Shown: positions 54,768 through 63,867 of the stretch, in pieces
How the letters are laid out: every line of letters begins with the position of its first letter
Numbering within the stretch: the stretch's first letter is position 1
UHGV virus genome: UHGV-1451962
Source of the DNA: a virus
DNA length: 64,000 nucleotides
Reading direction: 5' to 3' (one strand)
The notes under the pieces: model-generated
The model's input: only the letters and a program-made list of their open reading frames with translations
What the model was told of the DNA's origin: nothing
Database searches by the model: none
Translations under genes and position numbers: made by a program

Positions 54768-55145
54768 TTAAATTTTTCTATATCCAGTCTTTTTCTGACC
54801 TTCAAAAGAAATTTCTTGTTTCTCAATTTTGTTTAATTTAAATAATTGAGTTAAACGTGCAGAAATTTTTTGAGAAGTAATTAAATCATTATTTAAAATT
54901 TCTTTTATTTTAGAAACAGGGATGGGGTTTTCTTCACAGCTGGGCAAAATGTCATAAATCTGTTCACGCAGTTCGTCACCTTTTTCTTTTGCTTCAATAG
55001 CTTTTAACTTTGCAGACTCTGTTTTTCTATCAAGCAACATAATTTCATTTTCAAGAAAATTTCTAATCATTTCTGATTCTGGGCAATTATCTCCAAAATG
55101 CTGGAGAATTTTTTTATAATAATCTTTTTTAGTCATTTTCTTCAT
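54768..55145 (-). CDS. hypothetical protein
   Basis: 125-aa ORF overlapping upstream gene stop. Confidence 0.45.
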   Translation of the reverse strand: MKKMTKKDYYKKILQHFGDNCPESEMIRNFLENEIMLLDRKTESAKLKAIEAKEKGDELREQIYDILPSCEENPIPVSKIKEILNNDLITSQKISARLTQLFKLNKIEKQEISFEGQKKTGYRKI

Positions 55146-56784
55146 TTAAATACTCCTTGTTAATAAAGTATTCTGGATTATACAAAATTGTTTCATTAAC
55201 AGTTAAATCATGGTAAAAACAATAAGTAGAAATCATTTTATGTCCTTCTTTGTTATTATAACGAGTAACTTGGCTAATATATTCTGAAGTTATAAAATCA
55301 ACAGTAGCTACAAAGTATTTTTCATCTTCATATTCTACTTCAATAATATTTCCACATTCAAGATTTTCATTAATACATTCAGGACATAAATAGTTAAGCA
55401 CTCTTAATTCTACTCGTTCACAATTTTTGTCTTTGTAAGCAATACAAATTGCGGTGTTTTCATCTTCATCATTCCAATGAAATTCCTCACACTCACCACA
55501 AAAGAAACCATGATCTAACATACATTCTTCACAATACCAGTTTCCATTGTGTTCAACGCCATAATCTTCTGGATTAATTAAATCGCCACAATCCGCACAA
55601 AATATCAAACCTGCACAGCTAGGACAAAGAAACATACTAGATAAAGTATCTGAATCTGTCCAATCTTCGGAAATAATTTCACCGCATCTTAAACATCTTG
55701 CATATCCACTATAATTAAATTCAATTTCTTCATCTGCTTCAATAGCATCTTCTGAGTAGTATAAAAAACATTCTCCATTTGCATTAATATCATTATACAT
55801 TAGAATAGTTTCAAATGTAATTTTTTTATCATAGCGGAAATTAGTTCTATCAAACTTATTGTGATAATATTCCTCAACTAAATCTGCTAACCAATTAGCG
55901 CACATAGTCTCCAAATAAACACTAGGATATGGATAACTTTTGATACCACAAATAAAATCTTTATCAACAATAAATAATTCCCGCCATTTCTTATTATTCC
56001 AGGAATAATCATCATTGATATTCCAAGGTTTTTTGCTTTCAAGATAACAAACTACAACAGAAGAGGAATTAAGCATTTCCAAAGTACCTACTTTATAGTC
56101 TCCTCCGCCATCACCCCAGCGCATACAAGATTCCCAATTATTACCATTATCGCTCATGGTAATATAATCCATAGGATGAATTGAGATACATAAATTGCCG
56201 GAAATCTTTTTTTGATTAAATACTTGAGAATGTTGAATCCGCAAATATTCAATAAAATCATTTATTTCATCATATTCAATTTGTTCAATAAGTTTATTTT
56301 TCAATGCAAAATTAACAAAAGATTTAAGAGCTTTAAAAACTTTTGTACCTTGCGGAATTTTAAAATTGTTGTATTCAAAGGTGGTTGTAGTTTTATTTTC
56401 CGCTAAAACACGAAAATTTAAGCAAGAACTCACCCAAAGATTAGAATTAAGATAAATTTCTTGATTTACATCAGGAAATAAATTATCAATAATTTCAAAT
56501 AATCTATTTTTAAGTTTGTAATAAATATTAGAATTTTTATTATTCTTGAGAAAAAGCTTATTGATTCTTGAAATAAGAATTTCAGTATCTACATCAAAAC
56601 TAATTTCTTTCTTGTAAATAAGCTGATTCTTGAAAAGAGGAAGCAAGTATTCACTTTTGGCTTCATGCCAAAATTTGAGATAGTCTCTTGCTGGCATAGC
56701 TTCATCATCGCCATAAGTTTGAAAATAAAAATCTAACAAATCTTCATCTTTAGTAAGATTTAATTTGTTCATAAAATCTTCCAT
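55129..56784 (-). CDS. Large zinc-ribbon protein, paralogue of ORF 51719..53023, function unknown
   Basis: 551 aa; shared core KISGNL..SIHPMDY...NNWESCMRWGDGGGDYKVG...KKWRELFIV; C-terminus with at least six CxxC pairs. Confidence 0.6.
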   Translation of the reverse strand: MEDFMNKLNLTKDEDLLDFYFQTYGDDEAMPARDYLKFWHEAKSEYLLPLFKNQLIYKKEISFDVDTEILISRINKLFLKNNKNSNIYYKLKNRLFEIIDNLFPDVNQEIYLNSNLWVSSCLNFRVLAENKTTTTFEYNNFKIPQGTKVFKALKSFVNFALKNKLIEQIEYDEINDFIEYLRIQHSQVFNQKKISGNLCISIHPMDYITMSDNGNNWESCMRWGDGGGDYKVGTLEMLNSSSVVVCYLESKKPWNINDDYSWNNKKWRELFIVDKDFICGIKSYPYPSVYLETMCANWLADLVEEYYHNKFDRTNFRYDKKITFETILMYNDINANGECFLYYSEDAIEADEEIEFNYSGYARCLRCGEIISEDWTDSDTLSSMFLCPSCAGLIFCADCGDLINPEDYGVEHNGNWYCEECMLDHGFFCGECEEFHWNDEDENTAICIAYKDKNCERVELRVLNYLCPECINENLECGNIIEVEYEDEKYFVATVDFITSEYISQVTRYNNKEGHKMISTYCFYHDLTVNETILYNPEYFINKEYLNEEND

Positions 56785-56879
56785 ACTTTTAAAACTCCTT
56801 TTTTATTTTCTATAAATATTATATCATAAAATTTTTAAAAGGTCAACAGTGTTACAAAATCTGTTGACCTTTGTTTTAT

Positions 56880-57122
56880 TTACTTAATCCTATTGATAAG
56901 ATGCCCATTGCGAGCGTACCAATCAGCAGAAATCCCCAACTTTCTAAATAAAAGATTGATATTATCATCAAGAGTTTTAAGGGTTAATCTTTCTTCATCT
57001 GTTTCTTCTGCTTGGCCATAATCAATAGCAGATTCAATTACTGCATCAAGAGCGTTCATAAATCTATTGATTTCAAGAGAATAATGCTCAGTATGATTGA
57101 TAATTCCGTGATGAGTTTCCAT
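56880..57122 (-). CDS. hypothetical small protein
   Basis: 80-aa ORF. Confidence 0.4.
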   Translation of the reverse strand: METHHGIINHTEHYSLEINRFMNALDAVIESAIDYGQAEETDEERLTLKTLDDNINLLFRKLGISADWYARNGHLINRIK

Positions 57123-57123
57123 A

Positions 57124-57369
57124 TTAAACTACCTCATTTCTTTTAATTTCATTAATAATTTCTTCAGAAAAACTTACACTACCAAGAGAGTCAATTTCTG
57201 ACAATAGAATAGATTTAATATTATTATACTGATGGATAATATCATCAAGAGCAGAATAATAATCTTCCGCACTAATAATGCCTTGGCGAATTTCATTATT
57301 CTTTAATACAATGTTGTACTCATAATATTGGTAAGTCATAATTATCAGCTCCTTTTGAATACAATACAA
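57124..57369 (-). CDS. hypothetical small protein
   Basis: 81-aa ORF. Confidence 0.4.
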   Translation of the reverse strand: MYCIQKELIIMTYQYYEYNIVLKNNEIRQGIISAEDYYSALDDIIHQYNNIKSILLSEIDSLGSVSFSEEIINEIKRNEVV

Positions 57370-57554
57370 ACATCTTTAGAAGAAATATTAAAAGCTTTTA
57401 AGTACATCTTTTTTGTAACTATTGCTTCTCGCATACTTAAAAAAGAAATAGCTTTAGCGCGATGTTTTTTCCAAGTCCAAATAAGTTGTCCACCTAAAAC
57501 TTTAATATTTAACCATTCTTTTTTCTTATCAACAATTCGATAAATATAATACAT
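57345..57554 (-). CDS. hypothetical small protein, tandem paralogue 1
   Basis: Start taken at internal Met (MYYIYRIVDKKKEWLNIK) after AAAGG RBS; similar to next gene. Confidence 0.4.
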   Translation of the reverse strand: MYYIYRIVDKKKEWLNIKVLGGQLIWTWKKHRAKAISFLSMREAIVTKKMYLKAFNISSKDVCIVFKRS

Positions 57555-57564
57555 ATTTAACCTT

Positions 57565-57768
57565 TTAAAAAAATTCTGCAATATAAATTTGAAAAGAAGG
57601 AAACCCAAAATTTATTAAATATTTTTCTTTACATTTTAATGCTTTATGCAAAGAAGGAAAAGAAGTGCCTGCATAACTTCCTTTTTCCCAAAGATATTGA
57701 ATACCTCTAATATGAAGCCATTCTTTTTCTTGAGTAGGTGCAATTCTATAAAGTTTAAAAATTTTCAT
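57565..57768 (-). CDS. hypothetical small protein, tandem paralogue 2
   Basis: Start taken at internal Met (MKIFKLYRIAPTQEKEWLHIR); shares KEWL-I core with 57345..57554. Confidence 0.4.
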   Translation of the reverse strand: MKIFKLYRIAPTQEKEWLHIRGIQYLWEKGSYAGTSFPSLHKALKCKEKYLINFGFPSFQIYIAEFF

Positions 57769-57778
57769 ATTTTTTTCT

Positions 57779-58018
57779 TTAATCATTATAACAAAATTCC
57801 ATAGCTTCACAAACTGGTAAAGTATCAGGTACAATAGTATTATATCTTTCACATTTCTTTTCAAAGATGTACTGTACATCTCCATAGGGGTCATGAGGAT
57901 TTTTTCTAGTATATTCATATGTCTTTTTAGAAGCAAAAGGACATTCACCGCAAACTGTAATCAAGGTGGACTGATTATCAATAGTCTTAAAACCACTCAT
58001 TTTCAATATTCCTTTCAT
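57779..58018 (-). CDS. hypothetical small Cys-containing protein
   Basis: 79-aa ORF with CGECP...C...C pattern. Confidence 0.4.
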   Translation of the reverse strand: MKGILKMSGFKTIDNQSTLITVCGECPFASKKTYEYTRKNPHDPYGDVQYIFEKKCERYNTIVPDTLPVCEAMEFCYND

Positions 58019-58208
58019 TATAAATAGTCTGAATGTTTAGCTGAAGATTGTGCGTTTTAAGGTAATTTTCTGCAATTTTTACAGAATTAAAAATAAAAGC
58101 AGTAGAAGAAGAAGGTGTAAAATATGTAGTCATATTAAGAAAATCATAACTCAAATAAGAGTTTTTATAATTTTCATCAATTTTATAAAGAATACATCTT
58201 GTTCTCAT
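57987..58208 (-). CDS. hypothetical small protein
   Basis: 73-aa ORF. Confidence 0.35.
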   Translation of the reverse strand: MRTRCILYKIDENYKNSYLSYDFLNMTTYFTPSSSTAFIFNSVKIAENYLKTHNLQLNIQTIYNERNIENEWF

Positions 58209-58495
58209 ACAGATACCTCCAAAGGTTTATAAATTCGCTTTAATCGAAAATAATTCTCATAAACTGTATTGTACTTTACTGATGTAAATTTGTTGATTCC
58301 TTCTCTATTGATTATTTCTAATTGGCGATGAAAAATATCTGTAACAAATTTTTCAATATATAACTGAGCGTTTGTTTTATTAAACCAAATTGCTGCTTCT
58401 TCTAAATCGGATGTCCAAATTTTACCATTATGAGTAAGATAAGTCAGCTTTGGAGAAGCAGATATATCACAAATAACAAATACTGAATGTTTCAC
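58205..58495 (-). CDS. hypothetical small protein
   Basis: 96-aa ORF with ATGA start/stop overlap to upstream gene. Confidence 0.4.
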   Translation of the reverse strand: MKHSVFVICDISASPKLTYLTHNGKIWTSDLEEAAIWFNKTNAQLYIEKFVTDIFHRQLEIINREGINKFTSVKYNTVYENYFRLKRIYKPLEVSV

Positions 58496-58779
58496 TCAAT
58501 TCCTCCAAAAGATTCTTTGAATTTATCTCTGTGACAATAAGAATAAACATAATGATTATCTTTATCAATCACTAAAATGTCGCCACAAAAAGTATGTGCA
58601 GTCCAACCATATTCAGATTCAATGCAAAGACCATATTTAAGTTCATCAGAACTAAAAATTATAACATTATGATTGATGGATTTAAAAAAATTTTTTAAAG
58701 ATTGTAAAGCCTCTTCTTTGTTCCAAATCATATTCCATTCCCAAAAATCAACGTCATGTGCTTTATAAATGGCTTTCAT
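58492..58779 (-). CDS. hypothetical small protein
   Basis: 95-aa ORF with AGGAGAATAAAGA RBS. Confidence 0.45.
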   Translation of the reverse strand: MKAIYKAHDVDFWEWNMIWNKEEALQSLKNFFKSINHNVIIFSSDELKYGLCIESEYGWTAHTFCGDILVIDKDNHYVYSYCHRDKFKESFGGIE

Positions 58780-58946
58780 TCTTTATTCTCCTTTTTCTGT
58801 TCTGCTTCAACGCATTTCATAGCAATCATACAAGCTGCCCAAGTAGCACCTGTAATAAAAGCTTCTTTATGCTCAGGCTGGCTATTTGCCAATTCCTGAA
58901 TTTCGCCAGACTGGATAAAATCAGTTACAATTTTTGCAATATTCAT
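58776..58946 (-). CDS. hypothetical small protein (below 60-aa ORF-track cutoff)
   Basis: 56-codon minus-strand ORF MNIAKIVTDFIQSGEIQ... with strong TAAGGAGGA RBS; stop overlaps next gene's ATG. Confidence 0.45.
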   Translation of the reverse strand: MNIAKIVTDFIQSGEIQELANSQPEHKEAFITGATWAACMIAMKCVEAEQKKENKE

Positions 58947-58956
58947 TTAGTCCTCC

Positions 58957-59415
58957 TTAACAAAAAGTAATAGTTTTATTAGCTTCAAGTTTGCGGGTAA
59001 TGATTGCAGCGAGTTGCTTAGAGGTTTTAGAATGAAAATCATCTTTGCCTTTAAATTCATCCCAGGTAAGAAGTACATATTTGAGGTTTTTGGGCATTTC
59101 TGTAGGAAGTTCTTCTTCAGAAACAAAATGCCAACCAATACCTACTGCGTATCTTGCGTTGGATTCTTTACACCAGAGTTCATCCGCATGAGTTTTAATG
59201 TTGCGAACCACAAGAATGGGGCCTTTACTGAAACCGCGCACTCTTTTAAGATTGGGATTTCCGCTATTAGTTTTCTTTACTTTTGTTTCTTCATACCATC
59301 TTGCTTTGCGGATAGTACCAGTTTTAGGATTCTGAAGTTGAATATACATCTTGCCATTTTCTTCATAAGGTTCAGACAGTTTGGTAAAATTTTCATAAGA
59401 TTTAGCAACACTCAT
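58957..59415 (-). CDS. hypothetical protein
   Basis: 152-aa ORF with GGAGGTTGATTATTA RBS. Confidence 0.45.
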   Translation of the reverse strand: MSVAKSYENFTKLSEPYEENGKMYIQLQNPKTGTIRKARWYEETKVKKTNSGNPNLKRVRGFSKGPILVVRNIKTHADELWCKESNARYAVGIGWHFVSEEELPTEMPKNLKYVLLTWDEFKGKDDFHSKTSKQLAAIITRKLEANKTITFC

Positions 59416-59421
59416 TAATAA

Positions 59422-59640
59422 TCAACCTCCAAACATATCAGCAGCAGTAGTTCCACAAACGGGACAACTAAGATTATTATTGTTTAGAAAATCAAATTCA
59501 GCAAAATCACCATTGTAAATAGGTTCTCCGCATTCAGGGCAGACGAAATAATGATTTTCATCAGGTTCATCTGCGTCAATGTCATACTCACCGCCAAAGT
59601 GAATGATTAAATCACAAAGTTCATCCCAATTTGTATACAT
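59422..59640 (-). CDS. Zinc-ribbon small acidic protein
   Basis: CPECGEP...CPVCG. Confidence 0.45.
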   Translation of the reverse strand: MYTNWDELCDLIIHFGGEYDIDADEPDENHYFVCPECGEPIYNGDFAEFDFLNNNNLSCPVCGTTAADMFGG

Positions 59641-59723
59641 TATTTTGTCCTCCCTTAACTTTCTATATATATTATATCATTTATTTTTTTTAAATTTTCA
59701 ATTTTGGTTACAAAATCTTGTAA

Positions 59724-60446
59724 TCATTTGTTTTTTCTTTTTTGTTTTCTTCCAGTAGCTGAATCAATAGTAAGTCTATGAATAGAAGGAATTTTAGATA
59801 AATAACCTTCTTTCATAAATTTATTTAGATTAATGGGTTTGTAATTAATCACATCCGCGTTAAAGTTATAATGATATTTGTCGGGGTGCGGAACACCAAA
59901 ATGATTGTGGCCATGCAGATTTAATGCCCAATTAATGTTAGCAATAGGCTCATGCGAAAGAATAAGTTTTTCGCCAATGATTAATGCGCCTTCATAAACT
60001 TCATCAAAAAGTCTATTATCTAAAGTTACTTCCCACCAATCAAAAGGATTGTGAAAACCAAAACCTTCATCAATAGAGAAAGAATATTCGGGGAATATTT
60101 CTCTTACTTCTGCTTTTACACCTTTATAGGAAATGTAGTCTTGCGGATAACGCTTATAAAAAATTTCTCTTTGGTAGAGAGAAGAACCTGCATCATGGTT
60201 TCCTTTAATAAGGATTTTATAACCTTTAAGCTTGCGGACATAAGATAAATCACCTACATCGCCTAGAACAATAAGAGTATCTTTCTTGCCAACGCAAGAG
60301 TTAATGTTCTTTAAAAGCTGTTCATCAGAAGGACGTTTAGTAATGCCCTTCCGCAATTCTTTATCGCCAAAGTGAAGGTCAGAAATAATCCAAATGGTGT
60401 TTTGACCCCATTGTTTTTGATAGTTTGCATAAAGACCAGGAATCAT
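59724..60446 (-). CDS. Metallophosphoesterase (fourth paralogue class in window)
   Basis: Motifs SDLHFGD, GDVGD, GNHD, GHNH. Confidence 0.7.
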   Translation of the reverse strand: MIPGLYANYQKQWGQNTIWIISDLHFGDKELRKGITKRPSDEQLLKNINSCVGKKDTLIVLGDVGDLSYVRKLKGYKILIKGNHDAGSSLYQREIFYKRYPQDYISYKGVKAEVREIFPEYSFSIDEGFGFHNPFDWWEVTLDNRLFDEVYEGALIIGEKLILSHEPIANINWALNLHGHNHFGVPHPDKYHYNFNADVINYKPINLNKFMKEGYLSKIPSIHRLTIDSATGRKQKRKNK

Positions 60447-60480
60447 ATAAATTCAACTTCCTTTCTTATTTTCTATATAT

Positions 60481-60509
60481 ATTATAATATATTTTTTTTA
60501 TTTTTTCAA
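60481..60509 (-). promoter_or_regulatory. Sigma-70-type promoter (TTGAAA-N17-TATAAT)
   Basis: Reverse complement TTGAAA, 17 nt, TATAAT. Confidence 0.5.
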
Positions 60510-60587
60510 TTTTGATTAAAAGATTTTGGAGCATTGCGGTTTTGAGTATAAAAAAAGACTTAATGATTTCTCATTAAGTCTTATAAA

Positions 60588-60941
60588 TTATTTATTATTT
60601 TTTAAGAGTTCTAGTTCAAAGACTGAATCTGGAATAGGTGACCAATTTCCCCAAGCAGTTTTTATAGATTTGAAACGAATTAAATTATCATTAATTTCAG
60701 TTAAATTTTCAATTGTTTTATAATTTTCCGCAATAGTAATTCTTGCAGGTTCATAATTATCTGCATAAAAACAATTATATTCTAAAATTTGAAGAAAACC
60801 AATGAACATAAAAATAAAAGCAATTAGAACTCCAGCTACGGAAATATAATAAAAATCTACAATATTTTTGCATGTTAAAACTAATCCAATAATACCAATA
60901 ATTAAACTAATAAGAGCGACAATAAATAAATTACATATTAT
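60588..60941 (-). CDS. Two-TM membrane protein, probable non-AUG (AUA) start
   Basis: First in-frame ATG (60809) lies inside second hydrophobic segment; frame open upstream to TAA at 60948-60950, with AAGGAG RBS before ATA codons. Confidence 0.4.
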   Translation of the reverse strand: MICNLFIVALISLIIGIIGLVLTCKNIVDFYYISVAGVLIAFIFMFIGFLQILEYNCFYADNYEPARITIAENYKTIENLTEINDNLIRFKSIKTAWGNWSPIPDSVFELELLKNNK

Positions 60942-61084
60942 ATCTCCTTAAATATATCTATATTTTCTCTCATGACCGCATTTTTTACACTTATAAGTCT
61001 TTATATAATAACCCTTCGCGAAAGTGGTATGAGCGAAAAAAGATTAACTCAAAATCATGTTTGCAGAATAGGGAATGAAAATAA

Positions 61085-61354
61085 TTAATAATAGCCCTCA
61101 TGTTTCTCAGTTCTCCTTGTATAAAAATGTCCATCTTTATCTTTGGCGATTAAATGTGTACCTGGTTCAACAATATGAATTTTATCATCTTTGCTTTCTT
61201 GAACTAAAATATAAGTTCCATTCGGACTATCATAAATATTAGGATAATCTGCAATCTCTTCTGTATTTTCCACGATAAATTTAAGAAATTTTTTTTTATT
61301 TACAGAAAATGGAACATTAGTGTTCCAATAAAAAATACTATTATTAGCAGTCAT
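61085..61354 (-). CDS. hypothetical small protein
   Basis: 89-aa ORF. Confidence 0.4.
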   Translation of the reverse strand: MTANNSIFYWNTNVPFSVNKKKFLKFIVENTEEIADYPNIYDSPNGTYILVQESKDDKIHIVEPGTHLIAKDKDGHFYTRRTEKHEGYY

Positions 61355-61525
61355 TTAATTTTCCTTTCTTGGGACATTATTCATATAGGTTTTGACGCGG
61401 TCGCCGTCATACCTAGAAGCGCACTTATTACAGAAATAGGTACCCCACTTTCGGCAATGATGTACTTCTTCTTTTGTTTTGAAATCAAGAGTAGGATTAA
61501 TTGTATCATAAGCGCAATAAATCAT
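61355..61525 (-). CDS. hypothetical small Cys-containing protein (below ORF-track cutoff)
   Basis: 56-codon ORF MIYCAYDT...HCRKWGTYFCNKCASRYDG with GAAGGAGAA RBS. Confidence 0.4.
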   Translation of the reverse strand: MIYCAYDTINPTLDFKTKEEVHHCRKWGTYFCNKCASRYDGDRVKTYMNNVPRKEN

Positions 61526-61527
61526 TA

Positions 61528-61809
61528 TTATTCTCCTTCAATTTTACTAATATAATATTCGATTATTGATGGATTTTTATTATCTTCTAATTCTCGCCAA
61601 GATATTGTTGTCCATTTGGTTTCCCAATTTCTTTGTGTTACTATTTGCGTAAGATAATTAAAAGCTTCTTCTTCTGAGTCAAAAATTCTATTATCAATTC
61701 TGCTCCAAGGAATAGCTACTAATTGATATTTATTATCGCTATTTCGGCAAACAAGATAATAAGATTGTGTTATATTATTATTATCATAAGTAGTTTTAAT
61801 AGCTTTCAT
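61528..61809 (-). CDS. hypothetical small protein
   Basis: 93-aa ORF. Confidence 0.4.
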   Translation of the reverse strand: MKAIKTTYDNNNITQSYYLVCRNSDNKYQLVAIPWSRIDNRIFDSEEEAFNYLTQIVTQRNWETKWTTISWRELEDNKNPSIIEYYISKIEGE

Positions 61810-61814
61810 TTTAA

Positions 61815-62066
61815 TTAGTCCTTTTTATTATGGATTCCAATGAAAATTGCAAAATAAGAAGCAATCCAACCAATGGCTCCGGCAATTAGAGGAATCATAT
61901 CTTTAGTAAAAGCAGCGTTGAAAGTAGTATTTAGAGCGTAGCAAAGAGAATTACCAATTACAAAAGAAGCAATCCAGCCAAAGAAATATGATATCCAGAA
62001 AACTGCGATTGGTTCAATAATAAGTGAAAGGGCAAGAATCCCAAGTCCAATTAAGATTTTTTTCAT
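61815..62066 (-). CDS. small membrane protein
   Basis: 83 aa, three hydrophobic segments. Confidence 0.45.
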   Translation of the reverse strand: MKKILIGLGILALSLIIEPIAVFWISYFFGWIASFVIGNSLCYALNTTFNAAFTKDMIPLIAGAIGWIASYFAIFIGIHNKKD

Positions 62067-62226
62067 ATATTTTTCTCCTTGTTAATATTTATGGTAAAAC
62101 CAAAATGATAGTTTCAATGTATATAATTAGTAATTAATTCTTTTTCTGTTGTTTTTGTTATGTAAAAACAATTATTTATGGGGTCGTATTTATTAATATT
62201 ATACCATTTATCCATTATAATCTCCT

Positions 62227-62436
62227 TTAAACTTGAGAATTTAAAATAGTTTCTGCGGTGGCTTCGTCAGGGAACATAAAAGGGTCTTCAAGTGGAGTAA
62301 AGCAAATGGAAATAAGATCATCACCGTAGAAGCTTTGCGCCCATTCACCGGCTTCCCGCATATTATTGGCGGAAATGAGGCCAGCGTCAGTTTGCATTTT
62401 ATCGTCAAAAACCCATTCAGCGGTATAGTACATCAT
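62227..62436 (-). CDS. hypothetical small acidic protein
   Basis: 69-aa ORF. Confidence 0.4.
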   Translation of the reverse strand: MMYYTAEWVFDDKMQTDAGLISANNMREAGEWAQSFYGDDLISICFTPLEDPFMFPDEATAETILNSQV

Positions 62437-62720
62437 TAATTATCTACCTCCGTATAGTAATAGTAGCGATCGCAAGTCTTAAAAGGTTTCGCGGAATCTT
62501 TACAGCGTTGATAAAGAGTTTTATTCCAAAACATCCAAAGGTCAGTATAAGCGGAATTATAGGTTTCGCCAATAACAGAGCTCCAACCATGATAAGTGTA
62601 TTCTTTGGCGATTTGGCGAATTTGATCTAGGGTTGTGTAGTGGTTGCGGAAATTTAGGTGAACATATCTTGCGTTTGGATTATAAGCGAAGTATTCGTTG
62701 ATATAGGCATCAATATTCAT
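62436..62720 (-). CDS. hypothetical small protein
   Basis: 94-aa ORF with AGGGAGAT RBS. Confidence 0.4.
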   Translation of the reverse strand: MNIDAYINEYFAYNPNARYVHLNFRNHYTTLDQIRQIAKEYTYHGWSSVIGETYNSAYTDLWMFWNKTLYQRCKDSAKPFKTCDRYYYYTEVDN

Positions 62721-63016
62721 TTGTTAAATCTCCCTGAATAATTTTTTAAATTCTTTATCGGTGTATTTAGCGAATTTACCAGATTCAAAAACAAGCCAAT
62801 CATTTTGATAAAGATAAAATATCCATCTTCAGAAAAAATTTCTATTTTTAATTTATCTGAATTTCCAGATATGTTAAGTCCTAAATCTTTAACTTTTTTG
62901 AAATATTTTTTAAAGAGTGGTGTATTTTGATAAGCTATTACTCCAAGTCTACGACAATAAGTTTTCATTTTTAAACCTCCAAAAAACAAAAGTGCCAATA
63001 ATGATTTATACCGCAA
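62717..63016 (-). CDS. hypothetical small protein
   Basis: 99-aa ORF with GGAGGTTTAAAA RBS. Confidence 0.4.
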   Translation of the reverse strand: MRYKSLLALLFFGGLKMKTYCRRLGVIAYQNTPLFKKYFKKVKDLGLNISGNSDKLKIEIFSEDGYFIFIKMIGLFLNLVNSLNTPIKNLKNYSGRFNK

Positions 63017-63135
63017 TCTTTAAGCGCGTTTATTGCTTTAAAAAGAGTAGCTTCGCTCTAAGGTATAAAATTTCTTTGATATAAATTTAAAATATAAGGT
63101 TTTGCACTGATGATTTTTAGTATTTACATATATGC

Positions 63136-63402
63136 TTATCTGTATCTCCATTCATTATAAATAGACTTTGCGGTTTTAATCATTTCCGCGACTTCTTCTT
63201 CGGAAAAATCATCATCGAACTCATAGGAGAAATAAGTATTGCCTTCCCGCAAATCCGCGACCATCATTTGAATAATTTCTCTTTTCTCTTGTTCATGTTT
63301 CGTATAAGCGCCAAATAGTGCATCCCGCATATTTTTCAATCCTTTCTTAATTTCTATATATATATTATATAATATTTTTTTAAAAAAATAAAGACTTCTC
63401 AT
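63136..63402 (-). CDS. hypothetical small protein
   Basis: 88-aa ORF, last ORF before ORF-free terminal region. Confidence 0.4.
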   Translation of the reverse strand: MRSLYFFKKILYNIYIEIKKGLKNMRDALFGAYTKHEQEKREIIQMMVADLREGNTYFSYEFDDDFSEEEVAEMIKTAKSIYNEWRYR

Positions 63403-63416
63403 TTTGAGAAGTCTTT
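63390..63416. terminator. Hairpin (terminator-like)
   Basis: AAAGACTTCTCA/TGAGAAGTCTTT inverted repeat. Confidence 0.4.
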
Positions 63417-63867
63417 AAAAATTAATTATTTAGAATGGGGATTTCAATAAGTGGCATTTTTCATAAAGGTTGAATGCGGTAGAACTTACCTCTTGATTAT
63501 AAGTAGTAATGTTTTCATAAAGAGCAGAAGAACCAACGGTAGAAATGATTCCATTTTCTAAACAATAGGAAGAGTTAGTGGATATAATCGTTTAGATAAG
63601 TAAGTTCTACTCTTTTACCCAGATTTGGAAATGTTTATTTTCACGATTGGTGAAAATATGATTATTGTCTTCGAAGACTTTGAGAATTTGGGTTCTACTT
63701 GGCGAATTACGATATAGTGTCGGGAAAAAATTACTTGAAAACTAGAGGAAAGATTATGGAAGTGTTGGGGAAAATTACTTTTTTATTCATTTAAAATCAC
63801 CTTAGAAGTTATTTTTTCAATGGAAATAAAGAAGATTAAGGGGAAGGAGTTTACGAATTAAAGAGAT

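Noticed and set aside
57565-57948. Full 127-aa extent of ORF 57565..57948
   Set aside because: The N-terminal 60 residues overlap ORF 57779..58018 in another frame and are low-complexity; an internal Met gives a product paralogous to the neighbouring gene, so the shorter gene was called.
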